DNA from: a virus
Lineage: Duplodnaviria > Caudoviricetes
IMG/VR virus record: IMGVR_UViG_3300030419_000877
Coordinates: 1 to 56,082 of that record
Direction: 5' to 3' (one strand)
DNA: 56,082 bases
The position numbers and the translations under genes were made by a program. Below are positions 19,365 to 28,902 of the stretch, in pieces; the first letter of the stretch is position 1; the number at the start of each line of letters is the position of its first letter. The notes under the pieces are model-generated. The model did not search any database, was not told where the DNA came from, and saw nothing but the letters and a program-made list of their open reading frames with translations.

Positions 19365-21413
19365 CTACATAACGTCCTTGGTGTCAAGCCAATTATTTCC
19401 TATTTTTGCTTCAAGCACCATTGGAACATTAATTTTTACATCATAGTAGTTGTCTATAATGTCATTGAGGTCATCATTTACCTGCTTTATAAGGTTAATG
19501 ACCTCTGTTTCTTCTGCAGGATGTACGTCAATAACTACGGAGTCGTGTACCGTATTGACAAGACAAGATTGTAGACCCTCTAATCTCTTGTCTATTTCCA
19601 GAAGTACAATGGGAACAATGTCACCAGTTGCAAATCCCTGCACAGGATAATTCTTTATCATAGTAAAGTGTGTAGGTGAGCCACTCGCTCTCCTCTCCAC
19701 ATCTGGAAAGGCATACTGTCTGCCAGAAGGTACTGTAACAATACCCTCATTTAACGCTTGATCTCCCAAACGCTTATGCCAACCTGCAATGCCTTTATAT
19801 TTTTTCATAAAATGTTTATAATACTCTGCCTCAGCTTTTGTCCTACCAAACCCTGTAGCTCCATAGAGAGGTGCAAAGGTGTGTGCCTTAGCATCTTGTC
19901 TTGAAGTTGGTTGTCCTGCATTTGAAATAACCTTAGCAGTGTAGGAATGAACGTCAAATCCAGTGCTTACTTCTTCCATAGCAGTCTGGTCTTGCGACAA
20001 AAATGCTGCAACTCTAAACTCAAGCTGTGCAAAGTCTGCCTCCACTATCTTACCTCCGTCCCAACGAGACACAAACACCTTCTTCACTGGAAATGTACCG
20101 CCTCTTGGCATGTTCTGCATATTAGGGTTGCGTCCACTGAACCTACCAGTAGCGGTAACATGCTGAGTAAGGGACACATGTAATTTACCGTCCTCCTTTG
20201 TATATGCTCCTATACCCTCTACAAAAGAAGATAAATAACTTGACACGGCACTCTGACGCTTCAAGTCCGTTAGAAACACCTCTGCCTCAGTCATGTTTTT
20301 AGATTTAGCAATATTGATTAATATGTCAAGATTACCCTTGCTTGTTGAAAACCCATTGGCACTCACCCAATCCTTAGACAAAGGGAAGAACCCAAGACCT
20401 GCCATGAAGTTAGATTTGGTTAAAAGATACCCTCTGGTGTCGCAATCTGGACATCTGCTTGGCTTGGCAAAGGGTGTTCCGTCTTTCTTAATCTTATGTA
20501 CTCGCCCCTTGCCCTTACATGTGTGGCAAATACTTGCTTTAGTTTTTACCATTAAGTAACTGTTATCCCTGACAATTTTACGAAAGTCGTCTTTATCCTC
20601 TACATTATCGAAGGCAAGTATCCACTCTTTTTTGTTCTTGAGTATGCGAGAAAATATAACTTGACTCACTTGTTCTGGTGAATTGAGATTAATAGGAGTG
20701 TCCCCCATAAGCCTCTTAACTTGGCTCTGCAATCTGTCCTCTATTTCACTCAACTCTGTTTCAAAGTCTTGCTTCACTTCTTCTAATACGTCTTTATCTA
20801 TAGCAAACCCTCTCATATACATCTTCGCAAGAGATTTACACACCTTGTTTGAAACATCTAGCACCTTGTCAAGTGTTTTTCCCTCTGGTTTGTCATATTC
20901 TTCCATCAATTTCCAATATAAGTTTTTTGTAACGACTAAATCCTGACGTAAATACTCAGATAACTCGTCAAGAGGTATTTCATTTGTTTGAAAGCCTCGT
21001 CTAAAGTAATCTTTGAGTGTATCTGACTTCTTTATCTCTAGGTTGTACCTCTCAGCACAGTTTTCAAGGCTCACAGATCCCTTCTGACCACGCTGAAGTA
21101 TATAAGCACCCAACATTGTATCAAATATCTCTCCATCATACTTAAAACCACATGCCCAAAGCCACTGTAGGTCATACTGTAGGTTGTGACCAATGAGTAA
21201 TGTCGTATTGTCAAGAACTCTTTGCAATCTTTTGTCTGCATCATCATCTGTTATGACCCTTTCGTTGTGGTCAAACACAAATATAGAGTTTTCATCTTCT
21301 AAATAGTCCTGAACACCTACAAGTGTCAATGAATTGTTAGGCTCAAAGGGGTCAAGATGTAACTTTCCGTCCCTCTTAGTTGTTGTGTTCTCTACGTCTA
21401 ATATAATCTTCAT
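19365..21413 (-). CDS. polA: Family A DNA polymerase with 3'-5' exonuclease and DnaJ-like zinc-finger insert
   Basis: LDVE/HNLQYD exo motifs; TGRFSGRNPNMQN; ADFAQLEFR; AKAHTFAPLYG; NYPVQG; VHDS; CHTCKGKG and CPDCDTRG insert. Confidence 0.95.
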   Translation of the reverse strand: MKIILDVENTTTKRDGKLHLDPFEPNNSLTLVGVQDYLEDENSIFVFDHNERVITDDDADKRLQRVLDNTTLLIGHNLQYDLQWLWACGFKYDGEIFDTMLGAYILQRGQKGSVSLENCAERYNLEIKKSDTLKDYFRRGFQTNEIPLDELSEYLRQDLVVTKNLYWKLMEEYDKPEGKTLDKVLDVSNKVCKSLAKMYMRGFAIDKDVLEEVKQDFETELSEIEDRLQSQVKRLMGDTPINLNSPEQVSQVIFSRILKNKKEWILAFDNVEDKDDFRKIVRDNSYLMVKTKASICHTCKGKGRVHKIKKDGTPFAKPSRCPDCDTRGYLLTKSNFMAGLGFFPLSKDWVSANGFSTSKGNLDILINIAKSKNMTEAEVFLTDLKRQSAVSSYLSSFVEGIGAYTKEDGKLHVSLTQHVTATGRFSGRNPNMQNMPRGGTFPVKKVFVSRWDGGKIVEADFAQLEFRVAAFLSQDQTAMEEVSTGFDVHSYTAKVISNAGQPTSRQDAKAHTFAPLYGATGFGRTKAEAEYYKHFMKKYKGIAGWHKRLGDQALNEGIVTVPSGRQYAFPDVERRASGSPTHFTMIKNYPVQGFATGDIVPIVLLEIDKRLEGLQSCLVNTVHDSVVIDVHPAEETEVINLIKQVNDDLNDIIDNYYDVKINVPMVLEAKIGNNWLDTKDVM

Positions 21414-22645
21414 GCGGTGTATCTACCTCTCTCTACATCTAACTCAACATGGATCTTTCCATGCCATCCGTTTATCTTATTCTTTGCTATGACAATGTGT
21501 CTTTGTGGGTCATTGTCCTCTTGCCCTTCCATCTGTGGATTCTTGCTTAGTAAAAGCATCAAATCCGCTTCTGCCGCCTTTCCTGTCTTACTCCCTTCTA
21601 ACATAGATTGGTCAACATTGATTTTACCTTCTGCCTCTGCAGATAGCTGAGACATCCATATTATAGCACAATCATACTCTTTTGCAATATTTCTTGCGTG
21701 AATTGCAGCCTCCTTGAGGTATAAGTCCATTCGCTCTCCAGTTCGAGTAGCAAACTTATCGCCCATATCCAGAACAACAACGTCAGGTCTTTCTACCTTT
21801 ATCATATTCTCAACCCAATCCATCTTCTTGCCAGTAACATCCTTTATCTTAACATTATGCCTTATCTTATTGTATCGCTCTACTGCCAGAGCATGATTTG
21901 CACTGCCACTACCTATCTCCGCAAGAGAAAGCTCTGCTCTGGTGCAAAGATAACGAGATGCGACCCTATAGTAAGGCTCTTCATTACACAGAACCCTACA
22001 CTTTGCTCCTTGATCGACAAAGCCACCTCTTGATGCAATAATACTTGCGTGAAAAGATGTCTTACCAGTATTGGGACGAGCACCCACTATGATAAGTTGA
22101 CCACCGCTTATGCCCTCTAACCGTCTAGCAAGTGAAGGTATATTAAACTTCCACTTAGACTTCTGGTTAGCTTGTTCTAATATACTTTCAAAACTTATGT
22201 CGTCCCACTCAATACTAAAGTTAGGAAGAAAATTATCTTGGTGGTCATTAATAATTCTTCTTAAAGGTTCTAGTGTAGCCTCTTCGCCATTTACATAATC
22301 AAACCCTATGTTAGCAATCTTTTCTCCTACATATTGTTGAAACAACTTGGACATTACATCCTTAGCTATCTCCTTGTCCATGACCTGCTCTCGCTCTAGT
22401 TTGGAGAACAGGTCTTTAAACACCTGCTTGGAGGCAGTTGTCAGTGTACTGTTGTGAGCAAAAAATAACCCCTCTAGCTCTCTAACAGTTAGACTGTCTT
22501 TATTGTAGTTCTGCATAGCAAAATCTACTGTTTTCTTTATTTTCCGAATGTCTTTACTAAAGAGTTCATCAGGGCATCTTGTCCCTTTATGATCTCCGTA
22601 GAACTCTTTGTCAAGTAGACTTCGTATTAGTGCTAGTTCAACCAT
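21410..22645 (-). CDS. DnaB-like (SF4) replicative helicase
   Basis: Walker A GARPNTGKT, VVVLD, MSQLS, ADL...KNK. Confidence 0.9.
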   Translation of the reverse strand: MVELALIRSLLDKEFYGDHKGTRCPDELFSKDIRKIKKTVDFAMQNYNKDSLTVRELEGLFFAHNSTLTTASKQVFKDLFSKLEREQVMDKEIAKDVMSKLFQQYVGEKIANIGFDYVNGEEATLEPLRRIINDHQDNFLPNFSIEWDDISFESILEQANQKSKWKFNIPSLARRLEGISGGQLIIVGARPNTGKTSFHASIIASRGGFVDQGAKCRVLCNEEPYYRVASRYLCTRAELSLAEIGSGSANHALAVERYNKIRHNVKIKDVTGKKMDWVENMIKVERPDVVVLDMGDKFATRTGERMDLYLKEAAIHARNIAKEYDCAIIWMSQLSAEAEGKINVDQSMLEGSKTGKAAEADLMLLLSKNPQMEGQEDNDPQRHIVIAKNKINGWHGKIHVELDVERGRYTA

Positions 22646-23192
22646 TTATTTTTATCCCACATAATTTCTTTTCCATTTCATCTCTAACTTTATTTATACT
22701 CTCAGTATAAAACCACTCATTATTTCTTTCAAGACAAATCTTCTCTGCTATCTTGTGTGCCATACTTTCCCCTTTATATCTGTTCTTTACAGAAATAGTA
22801 TAGAGTAAGGTATAATCCCTAAACGGACTTGAAGTTTGGTAGCCGTTCAACCTATTCTTTGATTCTACCGCCATACCTATTTTATACCAACTCTTCCAAG
22901 CAGGATTATGTATTATATAAACCTCCCCTACCTTACTCTTGCTAATCCTACTTAAACTATTAGGGAGGCTTGAGAGAACTCTTAACTGCTCCGCAAAGCT
23001 AGTATATCTTCCTGCTTGATGTAATGGATGGTTTTGTGGCACATATTTTCCATTCACATACATTCTATTTGGATTACTACTAATATTATTTTTAGTAGAA
23101 CAATTCTTACACTGTTTTCTATTGACAACTTTCCACGAATCTAGCCAGTTTTCATCTGTAAGTTGCTCACCACAAGTATTACATTTTGACAT
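22638..23192 (-). CDS. GIY-YIG / T5orf172-type nuclease with N-terminal CxxC pair
   Basis: GEVYII.......YKIG......NRL..YQTSSP....E...H.....NEWF. Confidence 0.75.
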   Translation of the reverse strand: MSKCNTCGEQLTDENWLDSWKVVNRKQCKNCSTKNNISSNPNRMYVNGKYVPQNHPLHQAGRYTSFAEQLRVLSSLPNSLSRISKSKVGEVYIIHNPAWKSWYKIGMAVESKNRLNGYQTSSPFRDYTLLYTISVKNRYKGESMAHKIAEKICLERNNEWFYTESINKVRDEMEKKLCGIKING

Positions 23193-23952
23193 CTAACATC
23201 TCCCTCAATTTGGTAAAATCTTCTACATTCTTGTACTTTAGATCATCCATGAGCCGTAGAACCTTAACATCTTTTACATAATTTGTCAATTCTTTACTAT
23301 GTTGTAGCGTTTTTTGTAAGGCATCAGGGTCAAGAGCGACCACGACCCTATCAAAATCTGACAAAAGGTATGAATGTTCTGGTAATAGGGACGTTCCTAA
23401 AAGACCAAACCCTGTAACAGGGAAATAGTTAGCGACAGTTATGGCAGATATAACATCTTCCACTACTACAGCAGTCAGAACCTCACTTTGTTTTCTTGTA
23501 ATTGAATAATATGTTGCATTTTTACCATATTTATACCATTTTGGGTGGGTATCCTTGTCTAAAGCTCTCCCTATCGCATCAATCATCTTACCTTTTCTCA
23601 TAATGGGGAACACGACCCTATCGTTTTTAACATCATGGAACATTTTTATGTCAAAAAGACCCCATTTTAAAATAAAATCGTCACAATTATCCAAATCGCT
23701 AGAAAAATACTCTGGCAAGGCAAAGTCAACCTCCTTTTTAGGAATTGTATGCCCATTCATTTTGTGTTTTATGTCCTCAGCAGTTCTGCCAACCTTTTTT
23801 ACACCTCTTACAGTACAACTATTGCGAAAGCAGTTATAAAGTAGCACCCTATCCACCTTAGTGATAGTAAATTTTTTTACACCTTTGCAAACAGGACAAT
23901 CCATTGTCAAAGTTTCGCCATCTTTTATGTCTAAATTATTAAGAAATCTCAT
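23179..23952 (-). CDS. DNA primase (zinc finger + TOPRIM)
   Basis: CPVC...CFRNSC, VVFPI, GRAL, KWYKY, VVED, ALDPDA. Confidence 0.88.
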   Translation of the reverse strand: MRFLNNLDIKDGETLTMDCPVCKGVKKFTITKVDRVLLYNCFRNSCTVRGVKKVGRTAEDIKHKMNGHTIPKKEVDFALPEYFSSDLDNCDDFILKWGLFDIKMFHDVKNDRVVFPIMRKGKMIDAIGRALDKDTHPKWYKYGKNATYYSITRKQSEVLTAVVVEDVISAITVANYFPVTGFGLLGTSLLPEHSYLLSDFDRVVVALDPDALQKTLQHSKELTNYVKDVKVLRLMDDLKYKNVEDFTKLREMLDVKM

Positions 23953-24862
23953 TTCGGTATGAATCCCTCCTTGCAAGTGCATTTTGTGATGATTTAAATG
24001 TGTGTTTGATGTATGGACGCATTGATTGAGGCGAATTGTGACCAGATACCGCCATAATCTGCGTAGTATCTACTCCTGCCTCCACCATTTCTGTGATAGC
24101 GGTTCTCCTCATGTCCATAGCGGTAAGTTCTTTGGGTAAACCTGCCTCTTTTTTCACTTCATTAACCAGAATAGACACTTCAAACTCATTATAAGGTCTA
24201 TAACTACCATTTATAGGTCTAACATTAGGCACAACGTACTCTTGAAAGCCAAAATCATCATGTTGTTCTAGTAACATAACTAAAAGATTTGAATTAATAG
24301 GTATATGAACCTCTGCTCTACGTTTTGATTGCACCAAGTTAAGTCTTTTTGTGTCAAAATCAATAGATTTCCACTCAAGTAACCTCATATCGCCTACTCT
24401 TTGAGCAAATTCGTATGCCATGTGGACAATTAACCCAACACTTCGCCATTTGTACTGACTATATGCGGTGTCAAGGAATAATTTTACCTGCTCCCTTGAC
24501 CACATTACCCTCCGCACCTCTTGTTTTGCCTTTTTTACTCGCCTCATAGGGTTACTTGCCAGAAGTTCAAGCTCCTCTGCCATGTTAAACACCACAGATA
24601 AGACAGTAGCGGTGTTGTTTGCCATACGTTTACCCTTTTGTAGCCAAGACTGATAAACAATCTTACAATCACTCACCGATACCTTTGCTATCCGTATGCT
24701 CTCAAACGCTTTAGAAACGCTAACAGGGGTCTGTAAGGCTCTATTGAGCACATACTCGTAGTCCTTCTGTGAACGAGGTCTGAGAGCCAAAAATTGAGGG
24801 CTATGAAGGTAATATGAAACCATATCACCTATTGTTTTTATTTGTTTTGCTTTAGAATACAT
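23939..24862 (-). CDS. Tyrosine recombinase / integrase-family protein
   Basis: AQRVGD (R), QSK, DMRRT (R), SGH, PY catalytic Tyr. Confidence 0.88.
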   Translation of the reverse strand: MYSKAKQIKTIGDMVSYYLHSPQFLALRPRSQKDYEYVLNRALQTPVSVSKAFESIRIAKVSVSDCKIVYQSWLQKGKRMANNTATVLSVVFNMAEELELLASNPMRRVKKAKQEVRRVMWSREQVKLFLDTAYSQYKWRSVGLIVHMAYEFAQRVGDMRLLEWKSIDFDTKRLNLVQSKRRAEVHIPINSNLLVMLLEQHDDFGFQEYVVPNVRPINGSYRPYNEFEVSILVNEVKKEAGLPKELTAMDMRRTAITEMVEAGVDTTQIMAVSGHNSPQSMRPYIKHTFKSSQNALARRDSYRNEIS

Positions 24863-24941
24863 CTATAACCAACCATGCCATAAATAAAACGGCTAACGAA
24901 TCATAAAAGAATAATTTCATAATATTTCCTTAAAGTAAAGT

Positions 24942-25178
24942 TTATTTTTTAGCTAAAGGTATTTTAACTTCGGATATACGTCCACTAGGTCTTTGTTTCC
25001 ATATTACAAACCGCTTACCCTGACCCTCAAAAGCAATAGCCAACTTATCTTTAGTTATATATTGGGGATTATACTCCCATACATAACCCTCTTTGTAATT
25101 CTGGTATGCCTTATTAATAAATTCTGCGTTGTGCTCTACAAAAAATAAAGCGGTAAATCCTAAAAACATTTCTGTCAT
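24942..25178 (-). CDS. Hypothetical protein
   Basis: AGGAG RBS, 78 aa. Confidence 0.55.
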   Translation of the reverse strand: MTEMFLGFTALFFVEHNAEFINKAYQNYKEGYVWEYNPQYITKDKLAIAFEGQGKRFVIWKQRPSGRISEVKIPLAKK

Positions 25179-25268
25179 TTTTATCTCCTATTTAAAAAAA
25201 GTATTTTACTGTAACATCTAAAAAGTAGCATAGTGTTACCAATCCAATAAACCATAAAAACTCTTTAC

Positions 25269-25697
25269 TCATTTTTCCCACCGATAAAATATGTGGCGGT
25301 CAATCCTTGTGGTACGAGTCTTAGTCTTTCTCCACTCTGGTCTGACATATGTTGCGTGATAATGTGTCGCACCATCTGTAACATCAAGAACAATTCTACC
25401 GCTTAATACAATAGAGGCATATTCTAATGCTTTTGACCACGATTTGCTATTCATGTTTACATCATCTTTTGCACCATCACAATACCAAGAGAATTGGCAT
25501 TTGTGTAGAACAGGTTTGTTTGTACCCTTGTACGTCACCGCTTGTTTCACTACTTCACAAACTGTACTAGGAAATCGTGTGTCCTCTACTCTATTCATCA
25601 CAACTTGACCAACGGCTATTTGTCCTAACATAGATTGGTTATTAGCCTCGTGATAAATATTGACTGCCATACACATAAGTGCGGTTTCTAATATCAT
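25269..25697 (-). CDS. SleB/CwlJ-like cell wall hydrolase (Hydrolase_2)
   Basis: NIYHEA...AVGQVVMNRV...CQFSWYCDG...GATHYHA..V.P.W...IDRHIFY. Confidence 0.9.
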   Translation of the reverse strand: MILETALMCMAVNIYHEANNQSMLGQIAVGQVVMNRVEDTRFPSTVCEVVKQAVTYKGTNKPVLHKCQFSWYCDGAKDDVNMNSKSWSKALEYASIVLSGRIVLDVTDGATHYHATYVRPEWRKTKTRTTRIDRHIFYRWEK

Positions 25698-25918
25698 TCC
25701 TCTAACTCCTTTTTAATCTTTGTAGGAAGTGATTTGATTTTATCCAATTCAGAATCATCAACCATTTCATCAAAGTAGTCGTCTAGTATTGTTTCAATGT
25801 CCTCTAAGTCGCCCATCACGATATCCTCATAAAAAAACCAGAACACGCATTAAGTATAACTGTTCCAACTATAAGTATAGACATCATTACAAATAAACTT
25901 TGTCCCTCATTCATATTA

Positions 25919-26170
25919 TTACTCCATTATAAAATCTGGTTCGTTTTCTTCATTGTATTTTTGCAAAGCCTCATTAAAATTTAAGGCATCAAAATGTGAT
26001 AACTCTACTACTTCGCCAGTATTCCATTTATCAGCTTCAACTTGAGCCAATGCCCTCGTGGGAAATGTCTTAACTGGACTATTTACTGTCCAAGAACCCT
26101 CACCCTCTTTGACGTACTCTAACCCATCAACCTCAAAGGGTTCAAATACTACTGCATAATATTTATTCAT
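25919..26170 (-). CDS. Hypothetical early protein
   Basis: GGGAG RBS, 83 aa. Confidence 0.55.
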   Translation of the reverse strand: MNKYYAVVFEPFEVDGLEYVKEGEGSWTVNSPVKTFPTRALAQVEADKWNTGEVVELSHFDALNFNEALQKYNEENEPDFIME

Positions 26171-26251
26171 TCTTCTTCTCCCTCTTCTAGGTTACTCCAA
26201 TACTCTATCCAATCGCCTTGTTGGTCTTTGGTTAAATCATTCCATTCTTCT

Positions 26252-26497
26252 TCACTCATTCTTTTTCTCCTTTGGTAAATTCTCTTTAAGACAATAATCA
26301 CTATACCACCCACCTTTGTGAGGTTGTTCAAACTCTAGTATGTTTGCTAGTCTAAACATAAGAGTTTCTATCTCACAAATGTGCTCATAGTAGATAGGTA
26401 TTTTCTCTGATGTGTTACAGTTAAACTCTCTCAATACGTTAACATATTTGAGTAGTTCTACTCTGTCTTTTGGTTCTATTGTTATTACTTTACGCAT
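26252..26497 (-). CDS. Hypothetical early protein
   Basis: GAGGAG RBS, overlap with upstream gene. Confidence 0.55.
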   Translation of the reverse strand: MRKVITIEPKDRVELLKYVNVLREFNCNTSEKIPIYYEHICEIETLMFRLANILEFEQPHKGGWYSDYCLKENLPKEKKNE

Positions 26498-26699
26498 TTC
26501 TTTTCTCCTCTGTATATTCCATATAATGAATGTTATTTAAACTAAAGTTTAATACGCAGGATATAAAACCCTCTATCCCCTCAGAGCCACGATAAAATTC
26601 GTCTTTCCAATCTTTAGTATACCCAAGTTTACTTAGGTAATCTTCATTATAGGTGTGTAATTTACCCTTTTCGTAATCTAATATTGCTAATTTTAGCAT
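26490..26699 (-). CDS. Hypothetical early protein
   Basis: AGGAG RBS, abuts methyltransferase. Confidence 0.55.
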   Translation of the reverse strand: MLKLAILDYEKGKLHTYNEDYLSKLGYTKDWKDEFYRGSEGIEGFISCVLNFSLNNIHYMEYTEEKRNA

Positions 26700-27881
26700 C
26701 TACTCTACTCCTTTTAAAATGTGAGATATAACATCAACTGTAAAACCATTTCCAAGCATCTTATATCTCTGTGAATTACTAATGGGTTTTACATCATACC
26801 ACCCATCACTAACATGGTCTTCGTAGGTGTGCTTATCTGGAAAGACACCTTGCTCTGTGTACCCATCTGGAACAGTTTGCAACCTCTCACATTCAAGAGG
26901 TGTTAAGGCTCTCCAGAAAAACTCCTCTGGATTTACATTCTCCCAATTACGCACCACTACGTTATCTTTCTGTACTGTAGACAAGGTATTAGTCTTGTCG
27001 TCTGTCCTCAACTCAATGCGAGGTTTTAGTTTTAAATCTGGATTATAGTCATCTCTCTTGCCAGTTTTGGGGTTAATCTTTCGATTAATGATACGACCAC
27101 ATTCAACTTTAGGCTCTCTGTGTCCACCTTGCATGGTTGTAAGTGATGGTGCTTTACCATATCTGCTATAAACTCTGCGAATGATATCATAGCCTTTGAT
27201 GTCAGCTTCACCTACTTGTCTACAACCAAACTTACCCTCGTCATCATATACTATCTGTCGTCTAGCTTTTTCGTAGTACATTTTCATGCTACCACCCTTG
27301 AAATAATTAGCATCTATGCAGTAAGACTTATCTCTGTCTGCTATAGCACCATCTTCAAGTATATCATTCATAATGATTCCCTTATCTGGCATTAAGTCAA
27401 AGTCAATGTTTGTCCAATACAATCGCTTACGAGATTGAGCAGACATTACTGAACTGTTTATCTCGTGGCATACTACGTCTGGGAATATGCTCTGAAACAT
27501 CTCAGTAAAATAATCTTTCCAAACCTTTGGCATAGATGCAACATTCTCAATAAGAATCTTATCTACGTCTAATCCTTTGAGAGCATCAAGTAATACTTTT
27601 GACATATCTCTTGGGTCTTGTTGAAACTTCTGCAACCCTGCAACTGAATAACTCTGGCAAGGAAATCCTGCAACCAAGAGGTCAATCTTCTTTCCCTTTA
27701 ACACTTCCCAATTTCGTGCATCACCATGTCGGATAATACTTGGATAGTTGTACCGACTAACTGCACTTGAATAAGGGTCAATCTCAAAGGCATGGTATTC
27801 TTCTGGTGTGATACCTAGCTTGTCTAGTGAAAGCATTGTACCAGAAAATCCATCAAAAAAACTTGCTACTGTTTTATACAT
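26700..27881 (-). CDS. DNA (cytosine-5)-methyltransferase
   Basis: EID, GD, AGFPCQSYS (PC catalytic), ENV, QSRKRLYW, LTPLECERLQ, RYKMLGNG. Confidence 0.92.
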   Translation of the reverse strand: MYKTVASFFDGFSGTMLSLDKLGITPEEYHAFEIDPYSSAVSRYNYPSIIRHGDARNWEVLKGKKIDLLVAGFPCQSYSVAGLQKFQQDPRDMSKVLLDALKGLDVDKILIENVASMPKVWKDYFTEMFQSIFPDVVCHEINSSVMSAQSRKRLYWTNIDFDLMPDKGIIMNDILEDGAIADRDKSYCIDANYFKGGSMKMYYEKARRQIVYDDEGKFGCRQVGEADIKGYDIIRRVYSRYGKAPSLTTMQGGHREPKVECGRIINRKINPKTGKRDDYNPDLKLKPRIELRTDDKTNTLSTVQKDNVVVRNWENVNPEEFFWRALTPLECERLQTVPDGYTEQGVFPDKHTYEDHVSDGWYDVKPISNSQRYKMLGNGFTVDVISHILKGVE

Positions 27882-28010
27882 CTTTTTTATCCTCTATTGA
27901 ATCCTCAATTATTTCTTTAATTTCTAAAAGTTTTTCTAAAGTAAATGCATCTCTTATAAAATATTTTACCTCATGCAATTTATTATCCAACATTATTTTA
28001 TAATCTTCAT

Positions 28011-28202
28011 TCATTTTTTTCTCTCCTTAAAACCTATTATAAATCTATCGTTGTCTTTATCTTCTGCATCTGGATAGAATATATGACAGAAATCCAAAAG
28101 TAAATCTTTATCTTCACCATCACTAAAAAACTTTCTAAAATCTATCTCTGTATTAAGGTTGTCTAACTTCATAATCTTCTCTATTAATTCTCTAGCTTTC
28201 AT
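28011..28202 (-). CDS. Hypothetical early protein
   Basis: AGGAG RBS, 63 aa. Confidence 0.5.
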   Translation of the reverse strand: MKARELIEKIMKLDNLNTEIDFRKFFSDGEDKDLLLDFCHIFYPDAEDKDNDRFIIGFKERKK

Positions 28203-28206
28203 TCTC

Positions 28207-28395
28207 TTAACTCCTATTCAAATTGTTGTAAGTATTTAATAAAAAATATTCTAAGTCATCTACCAAATCCCCAAGAGTATCTTGGTTGTCTGTTCCCTCG
28301 TGAACTCTTTTAATGTCACGAAGTTTATGTGCTTTAATCGTTTCCTTAACATCATTCAAGTTAAAGATAGCATTGTTTATATCATCAAGTTTCAT
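28207..28395 (-). CDS. Hypothetical early protein
   Basis: GAGGAG RBS, 62 aa. Confidence 0.5.
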   Translation of the reverse strand: MKLDDINNAIFNLNDVKETIKAHKLRDIKRVHEGTDNQDTLGDLVDDLEYFLLNTYNNLNRS

Positions 28396-28535
28396 CTCTT
28401 AACTCCTCTACTTCTGAGAGTTTATAATATAGTTCACAATCCCAAGTTTCTGCATCTTCATCTTCAATGACTACAGACTTGTAATCCACCCAAATAATTT
28501 GACCATATATCTCTTGGTCAATTACTTTTATTCTG

Positions 28536-28739
28536 TCACCTATCTTCATCTCTTAACTCCTCTCTTACTTTATTGCTATCTAACAAATGATAATACAAAT
28601 TATCTACAATATCAGTAGGTATTACATTTTCGTTATTCATCTGAAGAATATCACTTATAGTTAATTTATGTACTTTTTCTGTGTGTTCAACACTTGCTAT
28701 TGTTTTACTCATTATCTTTACCTCCTCTTGATTTTTCAT
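28536..28739 (-). CDS. Hypothetical early protein (likely start near 28712)
   Basis: GAGGAGG RBS upstream of the internal MSKTIAS start. Confidence 0.45.
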   Translation of the reverse strand: MKNQEEVKIMSKTIASVEHTEKVHKLTISDILQMNNENVIPTDIVDNLYYHLLDSNKVREELRDEDR

Positions 28740-28902
28740 ATTCTGCTCTCCACCTCTTTAGGTCAAGCTCTCGCCTTGCGTGTCTGCGATTCTGTTCTTT
28801 CTCCCTCTTGTCCTCTATAATCTGCGAACTCTTGCGAATAAACTCAGGGTTTCTAGGCTTTGGAGTCTTTACTTTTTTATAATATGTTTTAGGCATAATC
28901 AA
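28705..28902 (-). CDS. Small basic hypothetical protein
   Basis: KPRNP...IEDKR motif, GAGG RBS. Confidence 0.5.
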   Translation of the reverse strand: MIMPKTYYKKVKTPKPRNPEFIRKSSQIIEDKREKEQNRRHARRELDLKRWRAEYEKSRGGKDNE

